From contig CBDAQI010000004.1 in assembly GCA_965198945.1 (NCBI GenBank), positions 64,001 to 128,000 on the forward strand: DNA of 64,000 bases. The letters are read 5' to 3'. Made by a program: the position numbers and the translations under genes. The notes under the pieces are model-generated. The model was given only the letters and a program-made list of their open reading frames with translations, did no database searches and was not told the DNA's origin. The DNA comes from Thermodesulfobacteriota bacterium (GTDB lineage Bacteria > Desulfobacterota_D > UBA1144 > Nemesobacterales > Mycalebacteriaceae). Shown here in pieces: positions 18,823 to 29,013 of the stretch (position 1 is the first letter of the stretch; every line of letters begins with the position of its first letter).

Positions 18823-21337
18823 ATGGCAGAAGACACATCCCGTTTCGTTCCCGCAAGCATTGAAGATGAGATGAAGGAGTCTTATCTCTCCTATTCAATG
18901 AGTGTGATTGTGGGCAGAGCGCTGCCCGACGCCAGAGACGGAATGAAACCCGTTCACAGACGCATTCTCTACGGTATGCACGAAGCCGGGAACGCATGGA
19001 ACAGACCTTATAAGAAATCCGCCCGAATAGTCGGGGAAGTGATGGGTAAATTCCCACCCTCACGGCGATTCGGCAATTTACGACACGCTTGTGAGAATGG
19101 CCCAGGATTTCTCAATGCGATATCCGCTTGTTGACGGGCAGGGAAATTTCGGCTCAATGGACGGTGACCCGCCGGCCGCGATGCGCTACACGGAAGTCCG
19201 TCTTGACAAAATTGCGGGAGAGCTTCTGGATAATCTTGACAAAAACACGGTTGATTTTGTTCCAAACTACGATGGCGGAGACGAGGAGCCGGTTGTTCTT
19301 CCGGCGCGTCTGCCCAACCTTCTGCTTAACGGCTCCGCAGGAATTGCCGTCGGTATGTCAACAAACATTCCCCCGCACAATCTCGGCGAACTTGTTGACG
19401 CTATTGCGGCTCAAATAAAAGACCCCAATATAACTACCGCGCAGCTTATGAAACACCTCCCCGGTCCGGACTTCCCGACCGGAGGATTCATCCACGGCAG
19501 CGCTCCCATAAAACAGATATACGAAACCGGAAGAGGGATAATCAAAATCAGGGCGAGAGCCGCCATAGAGAGACAGAAAAAAGGAGATCGCAGCCTGATA
19601 GTGATAAGCGAGGTTCCTTATCAGGTCAACAAAGTCAGGCTCATAGAGCGCATCGCTGACCTTGTCAAAGAAGACAAAATAAAAGGAATAAGCGACATTC
19701 GCGACGAATCTGACAGAGACGGAATACGCCTTGTAGTGGAACTTAAAAGAGGCGAGAATGCCGAGGTAATACTCAACCAACTCTACAAAAACACCCAGAT
19801 GGACACATCATTTGGTGTGATAATGCTTGCGCTTGTCGGCAGCAAGCCGGAGATCCTTCCTCTCAAAAGCGCTCTTGCCAAATTCATAGAGCACCGCAGG
19901 GAAGTCGTAATACGCAGAACCCTGTTTGATCTTGAAAAAGCCGAAGCGCGGCTCCATATCCTTGAGGGTTTGAAAACGGCTCTGGACCACCTGGATGAGG
20001 TCATAAAACTTATAAGAGCTTCAAAAAGTCCCGAAGAAGCCAAAAACGGTCTTATGGCGAAACTCTCCCTGTCCGCCATTCAGGCACAGGCGATTCTTGA
20101 CATGAGACTGCAGCGGCTCACCGCTCTTGAGAGAAACAAAATTGTTGAAGAGAGAGACGAACTTCTGAAGACTGTCGCCGAGGTCAGAAAGATTCTTGCA
20201 AGTGAAGATCTCATCATGGAAATCGTAAGCGATGAACTGAAAGAGATAAAAAAGAAATATTCAGACCCGCGAAGAACCGAGATAATTGAAAACGCCGAAG
20301 AGATTTCAATGGAAGACCTCATATCAGATGAAGATATGGTCGTAACAATTTCCCACGAGGGTTATATAAAAACCACACCTCTCAGCATTTACCGCAGCCA
20401 GAGGCGGGGCGGCAGGGGCAAGAAGGGAATGACCACCCGTGAGAGTGACTTTGTTGAAGACCTTTTTACGGCTTCAAACCATGACCGGGTGCTCTTCTTT
20501 ACCAATCACGGCAGGTGTCACTGGTTGAAAGTTTACGAAATCCCCGAAGCCGGTAGAACCGCAAGGGGCAGGGCCATGGTTAACCTGCTGAACCTCGGCC
20601 AGGGTGAAAAAGTGGCCGCCGTGCTTCCGGTGAAAAAGTTTGAGGAAGACAAGTTTATTCTTATGGCCACACGGCGCGGCATTGTTAAGAAAACGAATCT
20701 GATGGCGTATTCGCGTCCGCGTTCGGGCGGAATAATCGCTCTGAACATAAAAGACGGAGACGAACTTGTCGCAGCGCGCATAACAAACGGAAGCAGTGAG
20801 ATTTTTCTCTCTTCACACGAAGGCAAGGCAATCCGTTTTGAAGAGGAGAAGGTTCGCGCGATGGGCAGGGGGGCGGCAGGAGTGAAGGGAATGGGGCTGG
20901 ACAAAAACGATTTCCTGGTGAGTCTTGAAACCGTTGAAAATCCCGAGGCGCAGATTCTGACGGTTACCGAAAAGGGTTTTGGCAAAAGGACGCGCGTTTC
21001 CGATTACCGGCGGACAAATCGCGGCGGCAAGGGAGTTAAAACCGTTGATATAACAAATAAAAACGGCAAAGTGGTCGGTGTTTTTCAGGTTGCGAACGGA
21101 ACGCAGCTCATTCTTATAACCACCCCCGCCGGAAAAGTAATCAGGGTCAATGTGAGCGAGATAAGGAGCACCGGGCGGGTTGCCCAGGGCGTAAGGATAG
21201 TACGTCTTGACGAGGGTGAAACCATTGCGGCTGCGGCGAAGGTTGTTGAGAGAGAAGACCCTGATATTGAGAAAGATGAAGCTGTTTCACAAACGGCCAA
21301 CGGCGCTGATGAGGCGGCGGAAACTGACGAGGATTGA
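18823..21337 (+). CDS. gyrA: DNA gyrase subunit A (apparent +1 frameshift at ~19053, probably sequencing error)
   Basis: [23 protein letters not shown], GyrA box QRRGGRG; extra C in KFHPHGD codons. Confidence 0.96.
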
Positions 21338-21839
21338 GGCGGGATTGCGCCGCGAAATAGAAAATGTTTTTACATACCTTCCGGGCAACAACTGTTTTGC
21401 CTGCCATCCGGAAAATGAGCTCGGTTTGAAACTGAGGTTTTACGCAGATGACCAAAGCGGTGAGGTTTTCACAACACTCACTCCCGAAAAACATTTCAAC
21501 GGATTTCCCGGAATTCTTCACGGCGGGATCCAGTGCGCGATACTTGATGAACTCGCCTTCTGGGCAATGTTTGACAAAGTGGGCAAGCTCGGCCTTACAA
21601 CCCGGATTGACCTGCGCTATCTCGCTCCGGTCGGTTTTGACGCCCCGCTTGACGCGCGCGCGAAAGTGTTTGAGCAAAAAGACAGAACCGTCCGTGTTTC
21701 AGCCGCAATTAAAGGGAAAAATGGTAGAGACTCGGCAAGAGCCATTGTGACATATACGCTTCCCGACAGAAAAACCCTGAACTCCATTCTCGGAGAGAAT
21801 ACACTTAAGGGGAAGTTTGAAAGGTATATCAAGGAGTGA
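21309..21839 (+). CDS. PaaI-family hot-dog thioesterase
   Basis: [29 protein letters not shown]; start uncertain. Confidence 0.85.
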   Translation: MRRRKLTRIEAGLRREIENVFTYLPGNNCFACHPENELGLKLRFYADDQSGEVFTTLTPEKHFNGFPGILHGGIQCAILDELAFWAMFDKVGKLGLTTRIDLRYLAPVGFDAPLDARAKVFEQKDRTVRVSAAIKGKNGRDSARAIVTYTLPDRKTLNSILGENTLKGKFERYIKE

Positions 21840-21885
21840 AGGTATTTTCACAGTATAAAATTTATGGAACCCGGAGTAACTATAA

Positions 21886-22917
21886 ATGAAAGATTATAAG
21901 AACAGGTCTTACTTATCCGTGACGGAAGTTGCTTCATATTTGGGAACTACCGTTAAGAATGTTCACAGTCTTGTGCGCTCAAAAAGTTTGAAGAGTTATA
22001 AATCAACAAGTGGTCAATATAGATTTGACATCAAGGATATAAAGAAAGCTGTTCCGATGATAGGTAACAAACCCTTTCAGCATATTGACACAGAAACTGT
22101 AATTGAGATTGAAGAAACAAAGCAGATTCTTTATCTCGGAGATTCTCGTAGGATGAGCAAGGTTGACGATGAATCTGTCCACTTGTCCATTACTTCACCT
22201 CCCTATTTCAATACAAAAATGTATTCCCAGGATAGCAAAAATGATTTGGGCAATATACATGAACTGGAACAGTGGCTGACCGAAATAGGAAAAGTTTGGG
22301 GTGAGGTTTTCAGGGTTCTGCAAGCGGGCAGGAAGTTCTTTCTAAACATAATGAATCTACCTGTAAGACACAAAGGTAGTTTTAGGACACTTAATCTAAT
22401 AGGAAAGACGATTGATATATGTGAGGAAATAGGGTTTGTTTTCAAGAGAGATATAATTTGGCAGAAGACTAACGGTGTTCGTGCCCACTTTGGAACTTAC
22501 CCTTATCCCGGTGGTATTCTTATAAACAACATGCATGAATTTATTCTTGAATTTGACAAACCTGCAAAGCCGGGAACCAAAAAATACTCTCACTTGACAA
22601 AAAAACTGAAAGATAAGTCCAAGTTGACAAAAGATTTTTGGTTGTCTCTAAAAAACTCCGATGTGTGGATTATGAAACCGGAAAAGAGTGGAGGCAATCG
22701 TAAACATATAGCTCCATTTCCTATTGAATTGCCGTTGCGTCTTGTAAAAGCATACAGTTTTGTCGGTGAAACAGTCCTTGATCCTTTCTGCGGTTCTGGT
22801 ACAGCTCTCATTGCGTCTGCACGGGAGGGTCGTAATGGTATAGGATGTGAACTCAATAAGGATTTTCTTAATCATGCAAAGAGTGAGCTTAATAAGGAGA
22901 AAAATCGGCTTCTATGA
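21886..22917 (+). CDS. N4-C/N6-A DNA methyltransferase (beta class) with N-terminal excisionase-like HTH
   Basis: YLSVTEVASYLG...GQYRF HTH; ITSPPYF; HIAPFP; VLDPFCGSGT. Confidence 0.92.
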   Translation: MKDYKNRSYLSVTEVASYLGTTVKNVHSLVRSKSLKSYKSTSGQYRFDIKDIKKAVPMIGNKPFQHIDTETVIEIEETKQILYLGDSRRMSKVDDESVHLSITSPPYFNTKMYSQDSKNDLGNIHELEQWLTEIGKVWGEVFRVLQAGRKFFLNIMNLPVRHKGSFRTLNLIGKTIDICEEIGFVFKRDIIWQKTNGVRAHFGTYPYPGGILINNMHEFILEFDKPAKPGTKKYSHLTKKLKDKSKLTKDFWLSLKNSDVWIMKPEKSGGNRKHIAPFPIELPLRLVKAYSFVGETVLDPFCGSGTALIASAREGRNGIGCELNKDFLNHAKSELNKEKNRLL

Positions 22918-24047
22918 GAGAACTCCTTGATAGCAGAGGAGTCTATGCACAGTCAAGCGATATTAAATCAAGAACTTATCTTGAATATCGCAAGGATATG
23001 AAGAAGAAAGCTATAGCTGAGTTGGAAACAAGGGAGTGGCTTGAAGAGAAACTCAAGAGAATGTACGAAACTGAAAATGTTCAAGTAGTCAAAAGCGGGG
23101 GAGATTCCCACATATGGTTTTTGAGAAAAGGGGGAACTGTGTCAGGTGAGCTGGACTATAAAGCCTTTGTAAATGGTTCCGAATACAACCTTGAATTTCA
23201 ATATACAGACAGAGCCGATTTGGATTTTTACGATTTCAAAGTTTCAAAAGTCGGCAAAAAACAAAGAGGTAAGAATAAAAGGCTGCCTCATAATGACAGA
23301 TTATTTTTTTACATAATCAAACCTTCTTGTCAATTTGCATTGTTTACTTCCAAGTGGATTATGGAAAATGGCAGGGAAGAAAGTGTTCCAGCTTGGGGTA
23401 GCAGGCCCGCTTTTAGAATTCCTGCCGCTTCATTTAAAGAAATTTTTGAGAGCGATGAAAGCTTGGTTCCAATAGTTGATTCAATAAACAAAAAGAATCA
23501 ACTGTTGGATGAGCAGTCGGTTTTTATTGCCAGAGAGAAACTGAAATTTTCCAGTGAATTGCAAGCGGTTGTTGACCGAGAGGAAATATTCAAAATTATT
23601 CCCAGAACAATGGAAGGTTTTTACAGGTCTTGTTTTATTCTGGATAACATTGGCAAATATCCTGATAATCTTCCTCTGTGGTTGGTTTACGGAACAAGCC
23701 TCTGCTCCAAGGATTTGAATTCTTATCAGCACGCCCAGTTGATGTATTCACTTGACTATTTTTATGCGAGGTTGGATCAACCCTCAAATAATGAACTGAA
23801 GGCATTTGTTGGGGCAATGAAAATTTTTTCGGCTTATATTGAAGAAGTCCAATCCAATAATTTTCAAACCTCCGCTGATTTGTCTCCAAGAGAAGAGGTT
23901 GTGAACTTTTTATTTCTGGTCAATTTGTATGAAGATTTAATTCAAGAGTTAAGGTTTACGAACGAGATAGAGGATTTTTTGCCAGTTAACAAAATTTTTC
24001 AATCCATTAAAAAAATAGATTCCATCCTGAATATTCTGGCGAATTAG
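22914..24047 (+). CDS. Putative type II restriction endonuclease (uncharacterised)
   Basis: ATGA-coupled to MTase, AT-rich like it; possible PD-(D/E)xK-like ELD...LEFQ; function inferred from context. Confidence 0.6.
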   Translation: MRELLDSRGVYAQSSDIKSRTYLEYRKDMKKKAIAELETREWLEEKLKRMYETENVQVVKSGGDSHIWFLRKGGTVSGELDYKAFVNGSEYNLEFQYTDRADLDFYDFKVSKVGKKQRGKNKRLPHNDRLFFYIIKPSCQFALFTSKWIMENGREESVPAWGSRPAFRIPAASFKEIFESDESLVPIVDSINKKNQLLDEQSVFIAREKLKFSSELQAVVDREEIFKIIPRTMEGFYRSCFILDNIGKYPDNLPLWLVYGTSLCSKDLNSYQHAQLMYSLDYFYARLDQPSNNELKAFVGAMKIFSAYIEEVQSNNFQTSADLSPREEVVNFLFLVNLYEDLIQELRFTNEIEDFLPVNKIFQSIKKIDSILNILAN

Positions 24048-24063
24048 AAAGGAAAAAACAAAA

Positions 24064-24666
24064 ATGAAACTCTACACACATCCCCTTTCCGGCAACGCTT
24101 ATAAAGCCGAACTTCTGCTGTCTCATCTCGGCGCGGAGTTTGAGAAAATCAACATTGACATATTCAGGGGTGAGAACCGGACTGACGAATTCAGAAAACT
24201 CAATCCCAACTGCAAAATTCCGGTTCTTGTTGACGGCGATTTTGTTATGTGGGAATCAAACGCGCTTCTGTTCTATATTGCCCGCAAATTCGCGCCAAAC
24301 TCTTATCTTCCCGAAGATCCCGAGGCTTTTGGTAAGGTGGCGCAGTGGGTTGTATTCGGAAAAACAACTCTGGACACTTCGCTCGCGCTTGCGCGTTTCT
24401 GGACAAAATATCTTGCTGCGGAAAAGGTTGATGAAGACGCTCTCACGCAAAAACGGAAAGAAGGCAGAGCCGCTCTTGAGATTTTGAACGGCGCCCTGAA
24501 AAACCGAGAATTTCTCTCAGACGGCTACACAATCGCGGATATTGCCTGTTATCCGTATGTTTCGCTCGCAAATGAGGGCGAAATTGACATTTCACCGTAT
24601 CCCGAAGTTTCAAAATGGGTCGGAAGAATTGAGTCTCAGCCCGGATTTGTTCGTATGGGTAAATGA
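24064..24666 (+). CDS. Glutathione S-transferase family protein
   Basis: SGNAYK, LNPNCKIPVL, WESNALL, YTIADIA. Confidence 0.92.
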   Translation: MKLYTHPLSGNAYKAELLLSHLGAEFEKINIDIFRGENRTDEFRKLNPNCKIPVLVDGDFVMWESNALLFYIARKFAPNSYLPEDPEAFGKVAQWVVFGKTTLDTSLALARFWTKYLAAEKVDEDALTQKRKEGRAALEILNGALKNREFLSDGYTIADIACYPYVSLANEGEIDISPYPEVSKWVGRIESQPGFVRMGK

Positions 24667-24739
24667 GCGGGTGGCGGGATTCGAACCCGTGACCTTTTCC
24701 TTGGCAAGGAAACGCTCTAGCCAGCTGAGCTACACCCGC
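24666..24739 (-). tRNA. tRNA-Gly(GCC)
   Basis: Reverse complement GCGGGTG..., TTTCC-TTGCCAA-GGAAA arm, GGTTCGAATCC. Confidence 0.96.
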
Positions 24740-24799
24740 GAAGATGAGGCATAAAGGTATCTTTCACTTTTTTTGTTGTCAACTTGAGTTTGGTAAATG

Positions 24800-24873
24800 A
24801 GCGGAAGACGGGATTCGAACCCGCGACCCTTTGCTTGGGAAGCAAATGCTCTGGCCGGCTGAGCTACTCCCGC
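24800..24873 (-). tRNA. tRNA-Gly(CCC)
   Basis: Reverse complement GCGGGAG..., TTTGC-TTCCCAA-GCAAA arm, GGTTCGAATCC. Confidence 0.95.
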
Positions 24874-24962
24874 AGTATTTTACTTTTGACCGCAAAAGCG
24901 GAAAATATCACCTGCCCGCCCGCCTGTCAATCAGCACCGGTGTGCTTTTTGGTATTTCGCAA

Positions 24963-26102
24963 ATGTCCGGAACAGAAAGAAAATTTGTCTCACGGGTTAA
25001 AACAGCAGTCATAAAGATAGGCAGCAGTATGCTGGTTTCCGACTCCGGGATTGACGAGAGTGTTTTTGCGGGTGTCGCACGGCAGGTTGCGTTTCTGCGC
25101 AAAACGGGAACCAGAGTCATCATAGTTTCTTCGGGCGCAATTGCCGCAGGGATGAAAAAACTCGGTCTGGACTCAAAACCTGAATCAATGCGCCGCAAAC
25201 AGGCCGTTGCGGCTTGCGGGCAGAGCGATTTGATTCGCAACTACGAGAAGGCTTTTTCGCAAAGCGGTTTGTCCGTGGCTCAGGTGTTGCTCACGCAGGA
25301 CGGACTTTCCTCAAGGCGCTGTTTTCTCAATGCCCGCGGCACTTTGAACGAACTCTTGGAAATGGGAGTCATGCCGGTTGTCAATGAAAATGACACAGTT
25401 GCGGTTGAAGAGATAATGTTCGGTGACAACGATAATCTTGCGGCGATTGTGGCCACACTTGTTGAGGCGGATTTGCTGCTTATGCTCACCGATACCGAAG
25501 GCGTTTATGAGACCAATCCCGAAGAAAATTCAAATGCGTGTCTTTTGCCCGTAATAGATAACATAGAAGAGGCGATTGAAAAAAATGGCGGAGACACTTC
25601 GGGAGCAACCACAACGGGCGGAATGAAAACCAAACTTCAGGCGGCGGCAAAAGTTTGCGCTTTTGGCATCCCGGCGATTATCGCGGACGGCAGAAATTTT
25701 GAAAACATCGGGAAAATTTTTGCCGGTGAGGAAATCGGGACGGTGGTTTTTCCGAGTGTGGAAAAACTCGGCGCGCGAAAACACTGGATTGCCCACACAC
25801 TCAAACCCAGCGGAGAGATAAAACTTGACGGGGGAGCCGCAAAAGCGGTCGGAAATTCCGGCGGCAGCCTTCTGCCTTCGGGAGTGAAAAATGTGAAGGG
25901 GCGGTTCGGCAGAGGTGATTCGGTCAGATGCGTTGACCCGGACGGAGTGGAAATTGCCCGCGGTCTGGTTTCCTATTCATCTGATGAGATAAAAAGGATA
26001 AGCGGTTCAAGAGCCTCGGATATTGAAAAAATTCTCGGCTACAAATACGGGGACGAAGTCATACATCGTGACAATCTTGTTTTGTCCGCAAATAAAAACT
26101 AA
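24963..26102 (+). CDS. proB: Glutamate 5-kinase with PUA domain
   Basis: VIKIGSS, VSSGAIAAG, VNENDTV, FGDNDNL, TGGMKTK, IHRDNLV. Confidence 0.96.
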   Translation: MSGTERKFVSRVKTAVIKIGSSMLVSDSGIDESVFAGVARQVAFLRKTGTRVIIVSSGAIAAGMKKLGLDSKPESMRRKQAVAACGQSDLIRNYEKAFSQSGLSVAQVLLTQDGLSSRRCFLNARGTLNELLEMGVMPVVNENDTVAVEEIMFGDNDNLAAIVATLVEADLLLMLTDTEGVYETNPEENSNACLLPVIDNIEEAIEKNGGDTSGATTTGGMKTKLQAAAKVCAFGIPAIIADGRNFENIGKIFAGEEIGTVVFPSVEKLGARKHWIAHTLKPSGEIKLDGGAAKAVGNSGGSLLPSGVKNVKGRFGRGDSVRCVDPDGVEIARGLVSYSSDEIKRISGSRASDIEKILGYKYGDEVIHRDNLVLSANKN

Positions 26103-27337
26103 AGTGTTCCCCTGACAGTTTGAATGCGGCGGGAAAAAGCCGCTTTAATAGGGTCAAAACTGTCTTCGGTATTTTCACTGTTCCGGGAATAGTCAGAGGT
26201 GAATTTGTCTTTGCGCTCAACCTGCATAATGCTTTTGTCATTTCTGAATGCGACGAACTGAGCCCCGTCGGTTTCCTCGGAAATTCTCTGAAGAATTTTC
26301 GGGTAATTTTTTGAGCCGATAAAAATTGAATGTATGCGAATTCCAAGCCGCTGCGTTCTTTTGACGGTTTCACGCAGGGGTCGCGGTTTCGTCCAGTCTT
26401 GCTGAGTGCGGTGCGGCGCCCCGTAATTAAGGTATTCCACGAGCTGCTTTTTCTCGCTGCGCGGACGGGGCTGCTGGACGGGTTGTTCATCGTCTTCAAA
26501 GGATATGTCGCCGGAGGTCGGAATGCCGTCGGTTATGAAAAGAATATGTTTGTTTCTGCGCCCGCGACCTTTGAACTCAACCACGGCATTTTTCAAGGCT
26601 TCCTCATAGTTTGTGTTTCCCGAGCAGTCTGTTGACTCAGCCATATTCATGAGCCACGGGTACTCTCTTGTGAAAAAATTGTTTCTGCCCGCATGCCTTT
26701 TGTAGGGGTCTGCGTTGTGGTTGAACTCAAGGTAGCCAACCCTCATGTTTTTTGTTCTGGCAAGTTCCACCACTCCGCGCACAACCGATGACGCCCATTC
26801 GCTGTATGTTCCCATCATTGAGGTGCTCACATCCCGTAAAATGGCGATTTCCCCTCCGGTTGATTCTTTCTCCCTCATCTGCACACGGGGCAGACTCGGC
26901 GAGGATGTGTCAGACCAGAGGAAAAATTCCGCCGGATCAGTGTCTTCAAGCTCAAAAGAGTTCGTCTTTCTCCATTTTCTCGGCATTCCGCCGGGATGGG
27001 TGGTTTTTGTCGCCATGCTTCTCTGGAAACTGCCCTCCAGCGCTCTCATTATCGTTTTGATGTTTTTTGCCGTCTCGTAGTTTCTGTATGAGGCCGCTAC
27101 GGCTTCATCCACATCACCGGCGCGGGTTGATTTGCTTGATGTGGTTTTCTCCGAAAGCTTTTTATGCTCGTCTTCTTCAGGCCCCTGGTCGGGCTGTCCC
27201 CTGGGATCTGAAGGGATGTCCATCCCTTCGGGCGGGCTCATTTTCTGTTCCTGAAGGTCTTCTAAAACCTGAAAAAAGGTTTCACGGGCGGCGTCATGCT
27301 CTTCTTCGGCTTCCTTGTCGGAGTCTTCATCGGGCAT
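26099..27337 (-). CDS. vWA-domain protein (ViaA/CoxE-like); frame stays open upstream to the A9 run at 27436-27444
   Basis: MIDAS DVSTSM, GNTNY, FITDG; acidic N-terminal linker. Confidence 0.85.
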   Translation of the reverse strand: MPDEDSDKEAEEEHDAARETFFQVLEDLQEQKMSPPEGMDIPSDPRGQPDQGPEEDEHKKLSEKTTSSKSTRAGDVDEAVAASYRNYETAKNIKTIMRALEGSFQRSMATKTTHPGGMPRKWRKTNSFELEDTDPAEFFLWSDTSSPSLPRVQMREKESTGGEIAILRDVSTSMMGTYSEWASSVVRGVVELARTKNMRVGYLEFNHNADPYKRHAGRNNFFTREYPWLMNMAESTDCSGNTNYEEALKNAVVEFKGRGRRNKHILFITDGIPTSGDISFEDDEQPVQQPRPRSEKKQLVEYLNYGAPHRTQQDWTKPRPLRETVKRTQRLGIRIHSIFIGSKNYPKILQRISEETDGAQFVAFRNDKSIMQVERKDKFTSDYSRNSENTEDSFDPIKAAFSRRIQTVRGTL

Positions 27338-27420
27338 TTCTTCTTTTTGCTTTTCGTTCTCGGGCAGGTCTTTGTCAAATTCTGAAAGAGGCTCCGGCTC
27401 CTGTTCATTCTGCGGACGTT

Positions 27421-28386
27421 TCAGCTCGTCCGGGGTTTTTTTTTAGCAATGATTTGCTCAAGGATTGCGTCCATCTGCGCATAGACTTCGGGCGGAATGC
27501 GAAAAACGGTTATGTATTTGAGCACTTCAAGGTCTTTCATCACGCATGATTTTCTTCCTTCAAGAACCGCATGAGCCCTGATTATTTTCAGCGCTTTTAC
27601 AAGAAATGTCCTGTCGGAAATAAGCGAGTTGGTCTCGTTAAGACCGAATTCTTCAACAAGAATGCGTATGAACTCTTTCAGCCCCTGCTGAACCTGTTTG
27701 GGGATTGGAGTGGTTTTTACCTGTTCGTGAAGTTTGTCAAGCAGAGTTCTGTCCAGCAGCTTGGGAACTTTGATTTTCTCATCCCTTCCAGAGTATAGAG
27801 AAATAATTTTTTCCGCGGTTTCCCAGTCGCGTTTGTAGGAAGTTCCGACCGATTTTATTTGAATCACAAACCTGTCAAGATTGGCCGGGTCAAGGGGCTC
27901 GTTGTAGTATTCGTCCGCAGTCGGGTTGCTTGTGGCAATCGCCGTCATCAGGGGAAGGGAGTCTTGAAAGAATTTTCTTTCATTAAGTATTCGCAGAAGC
28001 ACGTTCAGCGATTCTCCGGGAGCACGCGATATGTCATCAAGCAGGCAGATTTCTGCGGTGAGTATCCCGCCCTTTACTATTTTCTGCCGTATTATTTCCT
28101 CGTCTTCATTCGCTTCTTTTGATATTACCATGTCTCCCACGAGCTCTGAAAGACGCGTGTCTCTGTGGAGCTGGTAGAAGAAAAATTTGAGATGGGCGCA
28201 AGACGCTATAATCTCTGAAAGCATGGTTTTTGCGGTGCCGGGGGGACCCTCAATATAGATATGTTCCCTTGATAAAATGCCGAGCAATAACGCGGTTTTT
28301 ACTTCCCTGTGTCCTATGATGTGCTTGTCAAGCTCTTTCTGGAGCTTCTTAAAAACTTCCCTGCTCATTTCAAAATTTTTCTCCAA
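27421..28386 (-). CDS. MoxR/RavA-type AAA+ ATPase
   Basis: EGPPGTAKT, LLDDISRA, LNVLLRILNERKF, ATSNP, LDRF, ISDR. Confidence 0.9.
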   Translation of the reverse strand: MEKNFEMSREVFKKLQKELDKHIIGHREVKTALLLGILSREHIYIEGPPGTAKTMLSEIIASCAHLKFFFYQLHRDTRLSELVGDMVISKEANEDEEIIRQKIVKGGILTAEICLLDDISRAPGESLNVLLRILNERKFFQDSLPLMTAIATSNPTADEYYNEPLDPANLDRFVIQIKSVGTSYKRDWETAEKIISLYSGRDEKIKVPKLLDRTLLDKLHEQVKTTPIPKQVQQGLKEFIRILVEEFGLNETNSLISDRTFLVKALKIIRAHAVLEGRKSCVMKDLEVLKYITVFRIPPEVYAQMDAILEQIIAKKKPRTS

Positions 28387-28499
28387 ACAGTTTTATTTGA
28401 TAAACTTTATACGCCAGTATTTTTTTCCGCAAGCCGCGTTTATCTTGTCCTTGCTTTATCTTCTTTAGTTTGGTAGACTGAAGTATAAATTTTAATCAG

Positions 28500-28982
28500 A
28501 TGAAGTCTACCACTGTAAAAATCAGCATAAGCCAGGACGGCCTTCTTCCGCAGCAAAGCATTGAACTTGGGCGGACGCTTTTGCAGAGTTTCCCCAAAAA
28601 ACTCATGAACGCTCTTGATTTTGAGAAAGTTGACGGTGACAGAAAGAATACGACTTTTATAGGAATAGTTCCTGTGTTTGTGGTGATTGGTGAAAAAACT
28701 CAGGAAATTGAAATAGAGCTGACGGTTGCCCATCCGGAATTGCGTGACAAGGTTGTTGATATTTTCACTTCAAAACAACCCATAATTGCGTCCGCAGAAA
28801 AAAAACAGCCTGTGTCCGGTGAATCCTCAGTCCCAAAAAAGGCCGCCAATTCAAAAACATCCGGAAATGACATAAAGAAAACTCCGGCTCCCGCTTCAAA
28901 GGCCAAACCCGTATCCAAGCTCCGGAAAATCTCCTCCGCTGAGACAAAGAAAAAAGTTTCAAAAGGCGCAAAGAAGCGGTAA
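28500..28982 (+). CDS. Hypothetical protein with Lys/Ala/Ser-rich C-terminal tail
   Basis: 160-aa ORF filling the gap before guaB; no recognised motif. Confidence 0.6.
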   Translation: MKSTTVKISISQDGLLPQQSIELGRTLLQSFPKKLMNALDFEKVDGDRKNTTFIGIVPVFVVIGEKTQEIEIELTVAHPELRDKVVDIFTSKQPIIASAEKKQPVSGESSVPKKAANSKTSGNDIKKTPAPASKAKPVSKLRKISSAETKKKVSKGAKKR

Positions 28983-29013
28983 CCGAACATTTCCCGGTAT
29001 CGGGTGATTTTAT

